A stretch of 32,000 bases of DNA, taken from assembly GCF_008000775.2 (NCBI RefSeq), contig NZ_CP042905.2, forward strand, positions 60,001-92,000, given 5' to 3'. A model generated the notes under the pieces. That model ran no database searches. It saw only the letters and a program-made list of their open reading frames with translations, and had not been told where the DNA came from. A program made the position numbers and the translations under genes. The stretch comes from Promethearchaeum syntrophicum. Lineage in GTDB: Archaea; Asgardarchaeota; Lokiarchaeia; Sigyniarchaeales; Promethearchaeaceae. Positions 17,838 through 30,800 of this stretch are shown one piece after another; position 1 is the first letter of the stretch, and every line of letters begins with the position of its first letter.

Positions 17838-19112
17838 CTATATTTTAAACCTGAGTATTGCGGCAATCCCGCCAAAAGTCGAAATAAGCATTGTTCCTTC
17901 CTCAGTTTCGGTTGATAATAATTCAATTTTCGTCCCTTGAATTTCTGCTAAATCACCCAATTCTTCAACCAAATCCAATTCTCCTTCTATTTGAATAAGG
18001 TTAGATTGACAAGAGGGACATGAGAGTGTATTTACGTGTTCATAGAATTCCCTAATTTTTTCGGTTGGAATCGTTTCATAATACTCAGTATTACATTTTC
18101 CACATTTTACATGAACACGAATAAGTTGAACCCCTTCAGATAAGAGCAATATATCAACTGCTCCCATTTCCAAAGCTTTTCGAACTTGTTTCTCTCCATA
18201 GGTTGCTAAATTGGTATCCTTTGAGATATTTTCCATAAAAATATTAAATACTTGTTTTTCTTGAATATAGCGTAAAGATTGGATTTTATCTTGTATTTTT
18301 ATTACAGTTTCTCTGATTCCTGCTTCACCAGAGTAACTAACGTCAATTAAATCGAGAACTTTATCTTTTAATCGATAATCTAACACTCCTTTCTTTACAA
18401 ACTTAGCTTTTGTCATACCTGCTCCGCTAACAAAAATCCCCTTAAGATCGTCAAATTCCATAAAAATAGAGTTAGCTGTTTCTCCAACACGTTTATAGAA
18501 ATTTTGAGCCCCTTCCTCGATAAGACGTTCCAATCTTCTCTGAGATTGCCCCCCAGCATGATGTTTACTATGAACACCCGATGTGAAAGTTTTAGAAATT
18601 TCTAAATGGGTTCCTCTTATCCATCCTATTGCTGCTTCTTTGTTTTCAATGTTGATTATCCCATATGCTCCTTTTTCTTGAACCATATCATATAATGGAT
18701 CAAGTAAAAATTCAGCAGCGCAATAATATTGGAAAGTTTTTAGTGGTTCAGGTGGTTCAATAATATATATTTCACTACTTTCAGTTCCCGGTTTATTGTC
18801 TTCCGGAACCTGTCCCGAATATATAATTAACCCATTTGGGGGGAATTCTTTAATATTTTTTAATTTTCCAAGTATAGCGGTAATGCTATCAATAACATTC
18901 TTCCTATTACCTTTAGATTTAATATTTGAGCTTTCTCCGATTTCTTTTTTTAAATAGGAAGTAACATCAGAGATTTTTTTAGTGGGAGGAATAGTTAAGG
19001 AAATGAGAGCTGTATGAAACCCTCTCTTATTTTTTAATATATCCAGGTATTTTTTTAGTAAATAACGTTTATAAGATGATTCTTCTTTTTCTTTTTTCTT
19101 AGATTCTGACAT
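17838..19112 (-). CDS. prf1: Peptide chain release factor aRF1
   Basis: GGQ motif in KHHAGGQSQRRLERLIEE; NIKSKGNRKNVIDSI; CNTEYYE-type mini-domain Zn cluster (CGKC...CPSC). Confidence 0.93.
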   Translation of the reverse strand: MSESKKKEKEESSYKRYLLKKYLDILKNKRGFHTALISLTIPPTKKISDVTSYLKKEIGESSNIKSKGNRKNVIDSITAILGKLKNIKEFPPNGLIIYSGQVPEDNKPGTESSEIYIIEPPEPLKTFQYYCAAEFLLDPLYDMVQEKGAYGIINIENKEAAIGWIRGTHLEISKTFTSGVHSKHHAGGQSQRRLERLIEEGAQNFYKRVGETANSIFMEFDDLKGIFVSGAGMTKAKFVKKGVLDYRLKDKVLDLIDVSYSGEAGIRETVIKIQDKIQSLRYIQEKQVFNIFMENISKDTNLATYGEKQVRKALEMGAVDILLLSEGVQLIRVHVKCGKCNTEYYETIPTEKIREFYEHVNTLSCPSCQSNLIQIEGELDLVEELGDLAEIQGTKIELLSTETEEGTMLISTFGGIAAILRFKI

Positions 19113-19225
19113 AAAGATCTGCTCATTTTTCCGTTTGAATTTTCACTTTCAAAAGGATAACTATATAAATATTAAAACCACAATTTTTTTCAACTTTTTC
19201 ATTTTATTTCCCTTAGGTGCTAATT

Positions 19226-20026
19226 TTGAGCAAGAATAATAAAAATGATGGAACCCCAAATATTCCAAATGATCATCCAAGAGCTGAAAGTCTCCATTAT
19301 CGTCATACGCTTGTAGATCGAATGTTTGAAAAAGTGGTGACACCCTCTGGTTTATGTGCTCACGGACGTGGAGAAGCTTTTGATTATCTCTTAGGAGAGC
19401 AAACAATCCCTCCCTCAGAAAAAGCAATGGAAGCTGCAGTTGCTTATCTTTTACTTGCTAAACACCCCGTTTTCAGCATAAATGGAAATGTTGCGGCTTT
19501 GGTTCCAGAATCTATTGTTGAGTTGGCTGAAGTTTTAGAAGCAGATTTAGAGATAAATATTTTTTATCAAGCTCCAGGGAGAATTGAGGCAATTACTTCA
19601 ATTTTGAAAAAAGCAGGAGCAAAAAAAATATTAGGATTGGGAGATATCCCACCAACTTCTTTATCCAATATAAGTTCTAATAGAAGAATAGTTGATCCTC
19701 GTGGAATTTTTTCAGCTGATGTTGTCCTTGTTCCATTGGAAGATGGTGATAGAACTGAAGTTCTTATAGAAAATGATAAAAAAGTTATAGCTATAGATTT
19801 AAATCCACTGAGTCGAACTGCTCAAAAAGCGAATATCACCATTGTTGATAATATTATTAGATGTATCCCGAAAATGGTAAAAATTGCTCGAAGAATGAAA
19901 AACCTAGAATCTGAAAAGATTAAAGTGATCGTGAATAATTTTAATCAGAAAAAGAATCTTGATGACTGCTTGGAATATATAATTAATTTCCTACAGAATT
20001 TAATGGAGAACCCAGATTCAAAATGA
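19226..20026 (+). CDS. 4-phosphopantoate--beta-alanine ligase (phosphopantothenate synthetase, COG1701)
   Basis: HPRAESLHYRHTLVDRMFEKVVTPSGLCAHGRGEAFDYLLGE; FSINGNVAALVPE; LVPLEDGDRTEVL. Track start is GTG 19217; TTG 19226 or GTG are both possible. Confidence 0.9.
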   Translation: MSKNNKNDGTPNIPNDHPRAESLHYRHTLVDRMFEKVVTPSGLCAHGRGEAFDYLLGEQTIPPSEKAMEAAVAYLLLAKHPVFSINGNVAALVPESIVELAEVLEADLEINIFYQAPGRIEAITSILKKAGAKKILGLGDIPPTSLSNISSNRRIVDPRGIFSADVVLVPLEDGDRTEVLIENDKKVIAIDLNPLSRTAQKANITIVDNIIRCIPKMVKIARRMKNLESEKIKVIVNNFNQKKNLDDCLEYIINFLQNLMENPDSK

Positions 20027-20781
20027 ATTTAATGAAACCTCTTGATTTCTCATTGCGCTCTTGTTCATATGATGATATCCCTGCGGTGATGGATGTTAAT
20101 GAGACTACTCTCCCCGAGAACTATCCATTATTCTTTTATGAGCAAATTCTTGAAAAATATCCTAAAACCTTTATCTTGGCATATAATAAGGATGATCCTA
20201 AACAAATAATTGGGTATATAATGTGGCGGGTAGAGAGAGGACTCTCTTCTTTCGGACTTGATCATGTTAAAAAAGCCCACTTGGTTTCATTAGCGGTGCT
20301 TCAAAATCATAGACGAAAAGGCATTGCAAATGAACTCCTTTTAAGGAGTATGGATTTAATTCGTGAATTTAAAATTTCAGAATATGTTTTAGAAGTCCGT
20401 GTTTCAAATTCAGGAGCAGTAAGATTATACAAGGAATTACATGATTTCAAAAAAATAAGGATTATCGGTCATTATTATCGCGATGGTGAAGATGCTTTTT
20501 ATATGGCAGCAATAAATAAGGAAAAAGAAACTAAGAAAATATCTAATCACGATTTAAGTGGTATGACAGACAAAGAAATTAAGCAGCATTTTTTAGACAA
20601 AAATCAAGGATATCTACTATATAACTGCCCAAATTGTAATTCTCTTCAAATAAAAGCTTTAAAATACTCTCTTGCTGGAACGGTAGATCCCGACAATAAA
20701 GAAACTTTAGATTGCGCTGATTGTAATGAAAAACTGGCTTTATATGATATCTCTCAAGGAAAATACAATTCATTTAAATAA
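20023..20781 (+). CDS. GNAT-family N-acetyltransferase (RimI-like) with C-terminal zinc ribbon
   Basis: LVSLAVLQNHRRKGIANELLLRSM and LEVRVSNSGAVRLYKELHDFKKIRIIGHYYRDGEDAFYM; C-terminal YNCPNCNS...LDCADC. Overlaps upstream gene by 4 nt. Confidence 0.88.
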   Translation: MNLMKPLDFSLRSCSYDDIPAVMDVNETTLPENYPLFFYEQILEKYPKTFILAYNKDDPKQIIGYIMWRVERGLSSFGLDHVKKAHLVSLAVLQNHRRKGIANELLLRSMDLIREFKISEYVLEVRVSNSGAVRLYKELHDFKKIRIIGHYYRDGEDAFYMAAINKEKETKKISNHDLSGMTDKEIKQHFLDKNQGYLLYNCPNCNSLQIKALKYSLAGTVDPDNKETLDCADCNEKLALYDISQGKYNSFK

Positions 20782-20812
20782 GGAAAAAAAATTTTTATAG
20801 TAGAATATTCGT

Positions 20813-21865
20813 TTAATCTTCTTTTAGAGGTCTTGGTTCTTGATATTCAATTAAAATGTCTTTTAAATATTTCCGTAATTTCGAAATAATCTCATTTATT
20901 TGATTTTCAGCTAAAATACTCTTATCTAACGAACTTATGATTGAAAAATAATAATTAGCATAATATGGATTGCCAGATTTTTTCTCTTCCATAACACTTT
21001 TCATTTGCTCTTCTGAGATTTTTAAATCATCGTAAAGATGAAATTGGTAGCACAAATTCATAAACTCCCCATCAACACCCCGTATGCTTGTAACATCTAA
21101 ATTTTCATCTTCTAATTGGCCAAAAAACTCCAAATGACCGCTGATTATTTTATCTATTTTGTTTTCAAGTTCATAATCTTTACTTTTTGGATTAAATGTC
21201 TCCGAAATCACGAGACCCGTATGATCGAATAAAATTGCTTGAGCGATTTCAGTTTTATCCCGATATTCAATAATTTCATCTTGAATTTCATCATATCCGA
21301 TTAAATAACGCCTTAATCCGTTAGAGATCATATGGATAATGGTATACAAATTATATATACTTGTTAAATAAAACTGAAAATTATATTCTGGAAAAGTTTT
21401 TCTCAATAAACTCTTAACCATTGCCCTTCGGGCAATATATTCATCAGGATTTTCTTTAATAAATTCATAATCGGTTTTACTAAAACAGATATAAATAGGA
21501 AGATCTTTAGCATAACTTACTTTTTTTAATACTCCCAGAACTTCTTCTAAATATGAAATACTCTCACTAAAACGCATTTCATCCTGTATATCAATTAAAT
21601 ATATCAATAAATCAATACTCTCAAAATACATCTTGCGCTGGATATACATCTTGCGAAATTTACTTTGACCCCCCATATCAAAGAAATTTAATCGAAGGTC
21701 TAAAAAATCTCTTCTATAATAATCGATGCGTAAAGTTGGCTTTAAATTATGAATCTCGTCTTCATATCCATACATTCGTTTAAAGCTGACAAGCATGCTG
21801 GTTTTTCCAGCATTATCTAAACCACTTAATACTACTTTAATTGGTTTTTTCGTTTTATTGCTCAT
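20813..21865 (-). CDS. Arf/Rag-like small GTPase with C-terminal extension (longin/roadblock-like)
   Basis: G1 GLDNAGKTS, G3 FFDMGGQSKFR, G4 SKTD; 350 aa with a second domain starting IAQAILFDHTGLVISETF. Confidence 0.85.
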   Translation of the reverse strand: MSNKTKKPIKVVLSGLDNAGKTSMLVSFKRMYGYEDEIHNLKPTLRIDYYRRDFLDLRLNFFDMGGQSKFRKMYIQRKMYFESIDLLIYLIDIQDEMRFSESISYLEEVLGVLKKVSYAKDLPIYICFSKTDYEFIKENPDEYIARRAMVKSLLRKTFPEYNFQFYLTSIYNLYTIIHMISNGLRRYLIGYDEIQDEIIEYRDKTEIAQAILFDHTGLVISETFNPKSKDYELENKIDKIISGHLEFFGQLEDENLDVTSIRGVDGEFMNLCYQFHLYDDLKISEEQMKSVMEEKKSGNPYYANYYFSIISSLDKSILAENQINEIISKLRKYLKDILIEYQEPRPLKED

Positions 21866-22769
21866 TCTTTATTTCCTTGAATAATTTAACTACGATATTT
21901 CTTTCTTTTACTAGTTTAGCTAACTTTCCTTGAATTTTTTGAATTCCTTGCTTTCTTGTGTTCTTGCATTCCTTATTTTACATAATAAAATTTATTTCTT
22001 GTTAAGTTCTTTTGGTTTTACAGTACTTGATCTTTAAGATTTTAAAATATATTATATTTAAATATTAAAAATTTGATTATATGATGAGAATTAGTTAATG
22101 GGAAGTTTAAAAAAAAATACTCCTAAAAAAATAATTCACGTAATTATTCACGAAAAATTTAAATCTATTGCTGCAAAATCAACCCTTTTCTCCCCCCGTT
22201 CTTCTCCCTTTTAAAGTTTCCTCCTTTATGTCGATTAAATTTAAATATCTTATACACCTTAATTTCTTGGGTTGAGTTATCACATCTTGTGATCTCGATC
22301 TCACCCGCGTACCTTAAACGAATTCTTTGACCGAAAAGTGCCTGAAGAATCACCGTTAAGATACGAAGTGCAATAAATCATCACCTTGAATTCACGCAAT
22401 ACATTTGCATCAATCTTTTCGGATTGAGAAAACAAGACTAACCGATGATCTTTAGCGCAATATGAAAATTAGTTCAAAATTGATTTTCATAATACACTTG
22501 ACCCATGGCAAAGTCTTGCTTTTATCGTATTAGAGTCTTTAGACCCTGTTTAGTTATTATGGAAAAAAACAGACCAGACTATTAGAACCGAATTACTATT
22601 CTCTTTGTGCTTTTAATTATTAACTTCAATAATTAAAAGTAAGAATTTTAATTTCGAGATAAAATGCAAATTGTACCAACATTGTCCATCCCATAATTAA
22701 ATTGATACATCTTATAAAATTTGTGTCAATGTATTGTGAGATAGACTAAAGTTTCAAATTTTTACTATA

Positions 22770-22779
22770 CTATATATAT
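22770..22779 (+). promoter_or_regulatory. Candidate TATA box for the 23S rRNA transcript (ctatatatat)
   Basis: TATA-like sequence in the long non-coding region upstream of the rRNA; region is AT-rich so the call is weak. Confidence 0.3.
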
Positions 22780-22929
22780 CCAAACGTATGGATTATTTCT
22801 TCCAATATGCAATGTTCACGTGAAGAAAAGAATTTTGAAAATGTATGCTTGTTTTTCGTTATACAAATACCTAAAACATAACATAGTTAATTCGAAAAAT
22901 TTTAAATATTCTAATAATCAAACCTTAAC

Positions 22930-22978
22930 CTTATCTTAGACATTTCGTCTCCGATAAGCTCTCAGGACTCGTTCCTGA
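22930..22978 (+). promoter_or_regulatory. Two consecutive hairpins immediately 5' of mature 23S (CTTATC..AGAC-atttc-GTCT..GATAAG and TCAGGA-ctcgt-TCCTGA)
   Basis: Perfect inverted repeats read directly; possible leader/processing elements. Confidence 0.45.
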
Positions 22979-22986
22979 TTAAGGTC

Positions 22987-26200
<3,214 letters not shown>

Positions 26201-26208
26201 ATTTAGGA

Positions 26209-26372
26209 GTTGGGGTGAGATGTTAGAATATTTAGAGACAGACATCACATGAACGGAAACAGATTTGAAGAAATGGTAGGTTTGGAATAGGTAGGGGTAG
26301 TAAAAATGATATAAAAACGGAAAAATGTTGGTATAATTTGCAGGGCAGGGCTTTGTCGTGGGCTTTTAACTT
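26209..26372 (+). repeat. Copy A of an approx. 155-165-bp direct repeat (partner 30765..30918)
   Basis: Starts GTTGGGGTGAGATGTTAGAATATT and ends GGCTTTGTCGTGGGCTTTTAACTT, both exact 24-nt matches to copy B. Confidence 0.9.
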
Positions 26373-26783
26373 TTTTCCCAATTTTCAAAAAATATTAATT
26401 CTTAATATCGGTATTTCCTATCTTAATTGATTCGATAATCCAGAGTTTATTATCCAACATGAAAAAAACTAAGGAGTAGAAAAAAAATCATCGACAATTT
26501 TTTCGTTGTTTTTCATTCGGTTACTAATACTAAAAAATAAAATTGTTTCCAAAAAAAGATATTTCTCGGTCAAAAAAAATAAATTTGCAACTCACCATTG
26601 TTCATTTTGCTTGACTTGATTGGGAAAAATATAACGGTTCTCTTAATACTAAAAGATATTTCAACCACCAATAAACGATAACACAAACACTTAAACGATA
26701 ATACAACCACACCCCTATTTCTTAAGTGGTTGGCTTGTTGGTGAGAATCTAATTTCTTCAACATATATAATTGAAAAAAAAAA

Positions 26784-27290
26784 TTAGTAATATTGGGAAA
26801 TATGCCATTCTCTCTTTGCACCAAATCGATATAAGAAATATCCGATAAAGGGATAGATTGCAACAAAAAAAAGGGGGAAAATCGCATATACTAACCATAC
26901 TGGAAGTAAATATGGATTTATGGGTGCCCAAGGGGCAATAATTAGTAAATATCCTACAAACAAACAAATAGGGACAGTTATAACAAATCCAACAACACCC
27001 ACTAACATAATTTTATTCATTAAGATAATTGTGTTTATGCTTTTGATGTTTTGAAAACCGTGCATTAGGATTATTCCTAAGGGAGGAACAATGGTCATGA
27101 AAATTGCGAACCTCAAGCTCATTATGTTGAAGTAATATAGAACCCATATAAAAAGTGTATTAGTAATTATCGCCCCGAGATTTATCCAAACCCAATTTTT
27201 TTTGCAGGTTTCCCAAAAATTCTTAATAATTTCTTTAAAATTCTTTTCTTCTGAATCATCTTCTTCCGAAATTTTTTCCTTAATATTCAT
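26784..27290 (-). CDS. Hypothetical membrane protein (about 4 transmembrane segments)
   Basis: 168 aa; charged N-terminus then four hydrophobic stretches (INLGAIITNTLFIWVLYYF, FAIFMTIVPPLGIILMHG, IMLVGVVGFVITVPICLFVGYLLII, LLPVWLVYAIFPLFFVAIYPFIGYFLY). Confidence 0.65.
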   Translation of the reverse strand: MNIKEKISEEDDSEEKNFKEIIKNFWETCKKNWVWINLGAIITNTLFIWVLYYFNIMSLRFAIFMTIVPPLGIILMHGFQNIKSINTIILMNKIMLVGVVGFVITVPICLFVGYLLIIAPWAPINPYLLPVWLVYAIFPLFFVAIYPFIGYFLYRFGAKREWHISQYY

Positions 27291-27610
27291 TCAATCATCT
27301 CTTTGCGAATATATTATTGAAAATTAACCCATCACATGCCAAGCAAGTAAAGTACTAATATCTAGATTGAATAAATCCATGTTAATAAAATAGATACAAT
27401 TCTGATTATATCTTTCTCTATCTCTTGAAATTCAATCCGAAACAATACTTTTTTGGGGTTTATTAATTTTTTTTGTGTTTATTTGAGAATTTTCTAGGTT
27501 TCAAATGACATCCCACTAACAGGGACTTCCATTAAAAATCGCAGATATAAAATGCGAGAAAAAAAATAAAAAATTTTTTTTACCCCCCCATATCGCCCAT
27601 ACAAAAAAGA

Positions 27611-28026
27611 GAGTTGCAAATTTATCTTTGTTTTAGCTCTTTTTTCGGACCTTTTTTAAGCATAGATCCACATATATCTTTGTTTCTGGACCTTTTTCAG
27701 ACAAAGTTGCAGAATTATCTTTGCTACTGGACCTTTTACCGGACCTTTTTCAGACAAAGTTGCAGAATTATCTTTGCTACTGGACCTTTTACCGGACCTT
27801 TTTCAGACAAAGTTGCAGAATTATCTTTGCTACTGGACCTTTTACCGGACCTTTTTCAGACAAAGTCGCAAATTTATCTTTGTTTGGGAGCATTTTGAAG
27901 CAAAGTTGCAGAATTATCTTAGCTAAAACATCATTAATGTCAAAAGTATCGATTGTTCCATCTTCGTTTAAATGACAAAAATCGCATTTTAGAGAAAAAC
28001 AAGAGTTGCAAAATTATCTTTTGGTA
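27611..28026 (+). repeat. Tandem repeat array: 53-bp period core plus diverged flanking units
   Basis: Unit acaaagttgcagaattatctttgctactggaccttttaccggacctttttcag. GTTGCA/GTCGCA motif at 27707, 27760, 27813 and 27866 (53-nt spacing); related motif copies at 27614, 27906 and 28005. Confidence 0.92.
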
Positions 28027-28165
28027 TCTGTTACCATATGAAGATATGTGGTTTTTAAATGAAGTAGAAAAGGAGGTTTACAAGGAAAAAATAATATGTC
28101 CGATGAAGAAATGAGGATAGATTAGATCTTATAAAAAAAATTTTACTTTTTTTTTTACGACATTT

Positions 28166-30286
28166 TTATTTCATAATTTTGAGCCCATTTTTAAGCGAGA
28201 TGGAGAGCCTTTTATTGATTTTAGCGAGAATGGGATCGTTGGGGGGCAATTTTAGTTCGAGAATTTCTCTTTCACGGTGTCCTGCTTCCCATCCTAATCT
28301 TTCTTCTTCATCGCTGGTTAGGGATTTGAGATTGTCAGAATATTGCTGCGCGAGTTGGGAGGGGGATTTCCTATAATAGTTATAGAGTTCTTCTGGATTT
28401 CCATGTTGGTAATGTTCGATTAGATTTTTCCCTTTTGGGGTTAGATTGTCGATATTTAAAGCTTCTTCTTTAATTCCTTCCCAAACGGTGTAATCAAAGA
28501 TATTTTTTGGGATATTAGAGAGTGAGCGAAGGGGCAGACCCCAAATGGATAGGATTTGGAGTTTTTGTAATGATGCGATAAAATCAGGGATAATTTCGAA
28601 TTGATTTCCCCCTCCGATATCAATTTCCGTGAGATTCTTTAAGTTTTTCATGGATTCGGGCATGAATTGAAAATTATTGCCATAACACACGAGTCCTTCA
28701 ATGTTTGTTAGGCTTCCGAGCCACTTTGGGAGGATGGAGAGATTTGTATTTGTGAAAAGGAGACTTGTGAGATTTTTAAGATATTTGATGCTTGGGGGGA
28801 GTCGGTTGATCTTACATTCTTCTATATGAAGGGTTTCGAGCTTGGAAAATTTTTGAAATTTAATTTTTTTGATTTCGGATTCATTAAGTCGTGATAGATA
28901 GATTTCTTTAAGTTGTGTGAGTTTATTGATGGATGGCGGAATTTTCGTAGGAATAGGATTTATAATTGATATGGATGTCAAAGATGTGAGTGTGTCGATG
29001 TTTTCTGGGATAGGGAGCTTTGTTAAATTTAGTTGTGTGATTTGACCATGAGAGATTTTAATACTATTTGTGGTGCCTGCTTGTAATGAGAAGGATTTGT
29101 CATATTTTTCTTCAAGTTTTCTAATAAAATCTGCTTGATTTTTTAAGATAGGTTTATTTTTATATTTGGAGTATTGTTTTTGAATTTCTCTCTCTTTTTG
29201 AATTCTTCTTTCGATTGTATTAATAAATTTAATGATAAGATTTGGGGAAGCGCTTTTATGATATTGGTGGAAGTTTTTTTTAACATTGAAAGTACTAAAT
29301 TCAGCTAAATTTTGTAATTTTGAACGAAATAACTGGAGTTCTGATGTGCTGGCTTCCCACAATAATCGATTCCGATCTTCACCGGTTAGTGAGTTAAAAT
29401 CGTTAAGGAATTGTTTTGCGAGTTTTTGAGGGGATTTTTGGTAATATTGGAGTAATCCTTTAATGTCGCCGCTATTGAATAGTTTAGAACCTGTAGGAGA
29501 TAGAAAGAGATCTGAAGAGTCATTTTTATAGCTTTTTATGAATTCAGCGATAAATTTTTGAGGAATATTGGAGAGTGATCGGAGAGGGTTGTCGAAAAAA
29601 GATAGTTTTATTAAATTGGGGAATATAGAGATGAAATCTGGTATGGATTCAAACCTATTTTTAAAAATAACTAATTTCGAAAGATCAGTTAGATTTTTGA
29701 GAGTTTTCGGTAATGTGGAAATGGAACATTCAGAAATAGTAAGTTCATTAAGTGATAAAAGTTTTCCGAGTCTTTTTGGAATTGTTTTAATAGGGTTACC
29801 ATTAAGTGAGAGTTTTTTCAGATTTGGAATCTTTTCAATGTTCATCGGTAATTCGGAGAGACCACAATATGTGATATAAAGAATTTGAAGTTTCGAGAAG
29901 TGTTGGAATGGGAGATCGATTGATTTAAGTTTTATAGAATCAATATGAATCCTGATAAGGTTTGTGAGTTTGCTAAACGATGGCGGTAATTCGGAGATAT
30001 TTTGATTTTCAATGGTTAAATACTCAAGATTGGTCAAATTTCCGATGTTTTCGGGTAACTTATCGATTCTGTTAAAATTATTTTTTAAGTGTCCTCTAAT
30101 ACCTAGTGCAACAATGTTATAATCAACAACTCTATAACTCGCAGGTTTTCCTATGAGATGTTCAAGTTCGATAAGGACTTCTACATTGCTTTTAACCAAT
30201 GCTTGCCCGTTGTAGTTCATGAGTTCTTCGGATTGGTTTCGATGAATTTTAAGGACAGCGTTCTTTTCTTTGTTCTCCATTCTCAT
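28166..30286 (-). CDS. Large leucine-rich-repeat protein with two tandem LRR + helical-domain modules
   Basis: 706 aa; many LxxLxxLxLxxNxIxxLP-type repeats (IGNLTNLEYLTIENQNISELPPSF etc.); duplicated RSLSNIP...YYxKSPxxLAxQ...SLTxxxxxRLxWEA blocks. Confidence 0.88.
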   Translation of the reverse strand: MRMENKEKNAVLKIHRNQSEELMNYNGQALVKSNVEVLIELEHLIGKPASYRVVDYNIVALGIRGHLKNNFNRIDKLPENIGNLTNLEYLTIENQNISELPPSFSKLTNLIRIHIDSIKLKSIDLPFQHFSKLQILYITYCGLSELPMNIEKIPNLKKLSLNGNPIKTIPKRLGKLLSLNELTISECSISTLPKTLKNLTDLSKLVIFKNRFESIPDFISIFPNLIKLSFFDNPLRSLSNIPQKFIAEFIKSYKNDSSDLFLSPTGSKLFNSGDIKGLLQYYQKSPQKLAKQFLNDFNSLTGEDRNRLLWEASTSELQLFRSKLQNLAEFSTFNVKKNFHQYHKSASPNLIIKFINTIERRIQKEREIQKQYSKYKNKPILKNQADFIRKLEEKYDKSFSLQAGTTNSIKISHGQITQLNLTKLPIPENIDTLTSLTSISIINPIPTKIPPSINKLTQLKEIYLSRLNESEIKKIKFQKFSKLETLHIEECKINRLPPSIKYLKNLTSLLFTNTNLSILPKWLGSLTNIEGLVCYGNNFQFMPESMKNLKNLTEIDIGGGNQFEIIPDFIASLQKLQILSIWGLPLRSLSNIPKNIFDYTVWEGIKEEALNIDNLTPKGKNLIEHYQHGNPEELYNYYRKSPSQLAQQYSDNLKSLTSDEEERLGWEAGHREREILELKLPPNDPILAKINKRLSISLKNGLKIMK

Positions 30287-30503
30287 TTCACGAATTGGTA
30301 TGTATTTTTGGACCTTTTACTTTATCATTATATAATATATGGGATTCGGGTTAAAATATTTAACGGATCGACAATTTATCGTGTGAAAATTGTGCGTCCC
30401 AGTTAATCGGATGTTTTTACCTTAGGTAACTAAAAGTAAAAAAAGAACGAAAAAAATAAAAATATCGAAAAAATAAAAAAAATTATAGAAAAAAAAAGAC
30501 GGA

Positions 30504-30800
30504 TTATGGTGTATATTCGTGATTGCTGTTTCCTTGAACGAAATTAGTTCCATATTCAGAAATAAATATACTATTTACTGAAAAAAAGTTGCCACCGTTT
30601 TCATATTTAGATCCCAAGTGCCCGACCATTAGATAATGGAGCATTGCGTTTACAATGAAAACGCCTGAGAGTATCCTATGTGTCTCAATGTCATAAAGTT
30701 CCAAGTTGGATTCATAAGCGTTTTCGTAATAGTACCAGTATCCTTGTGTGTCGGCAACAAATAAGTTGGGGTGAGATGTTAGAATATTGACAGACATCAC
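30504..30800 (-). pseudogene. Short ORF whose 5' end lies inside repeat copy B; possible truncated gene
   Basis: 98-aa ORF; first residues (MMSVNILTSHPN) are encoded by the repeat, remainder (LFVADTQGYWYYYENAYESNLELYD...) is not. Confidence 0.3.

Noticed and set aside
22165-22353. 62-aa minus-strand ORF upstream of the 23S
   Set aside because: Lys/Arg-rich with no recognisable domain in a long non-coding region; evidence insufficient.
22375-22460. Possible C/D box-like small RNA (motifs such as GATGATCT)
   Set aside because: No convincing paired C, D, C' and D' boxes at expected spacing.
26570-26887. 105-aa ORF opposite/overlapping the membrane protein
   Set aside because: Overlaps the more convincing four-helix membrane protein antisense-frame region and lacks coding signatures.
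27614-27975. ORFs of 94 and 84 aa over the tandem repeats
   Set aside because: The 53-bp period shifts frame each unit; the products are low-complexity repeat translations with no start context.
27611-28026. Possible CRISPR array
   Set aside because: The sequence between motif copies is itself repeated; there are no unique spacers and no cas genes in the window.
28179-28376. Small plus-strand ORF (and 29568..29879, 30158..30406)
   Set aside because: Antisense inside the well-supported 706-aa LRR gene or overlapping its start.
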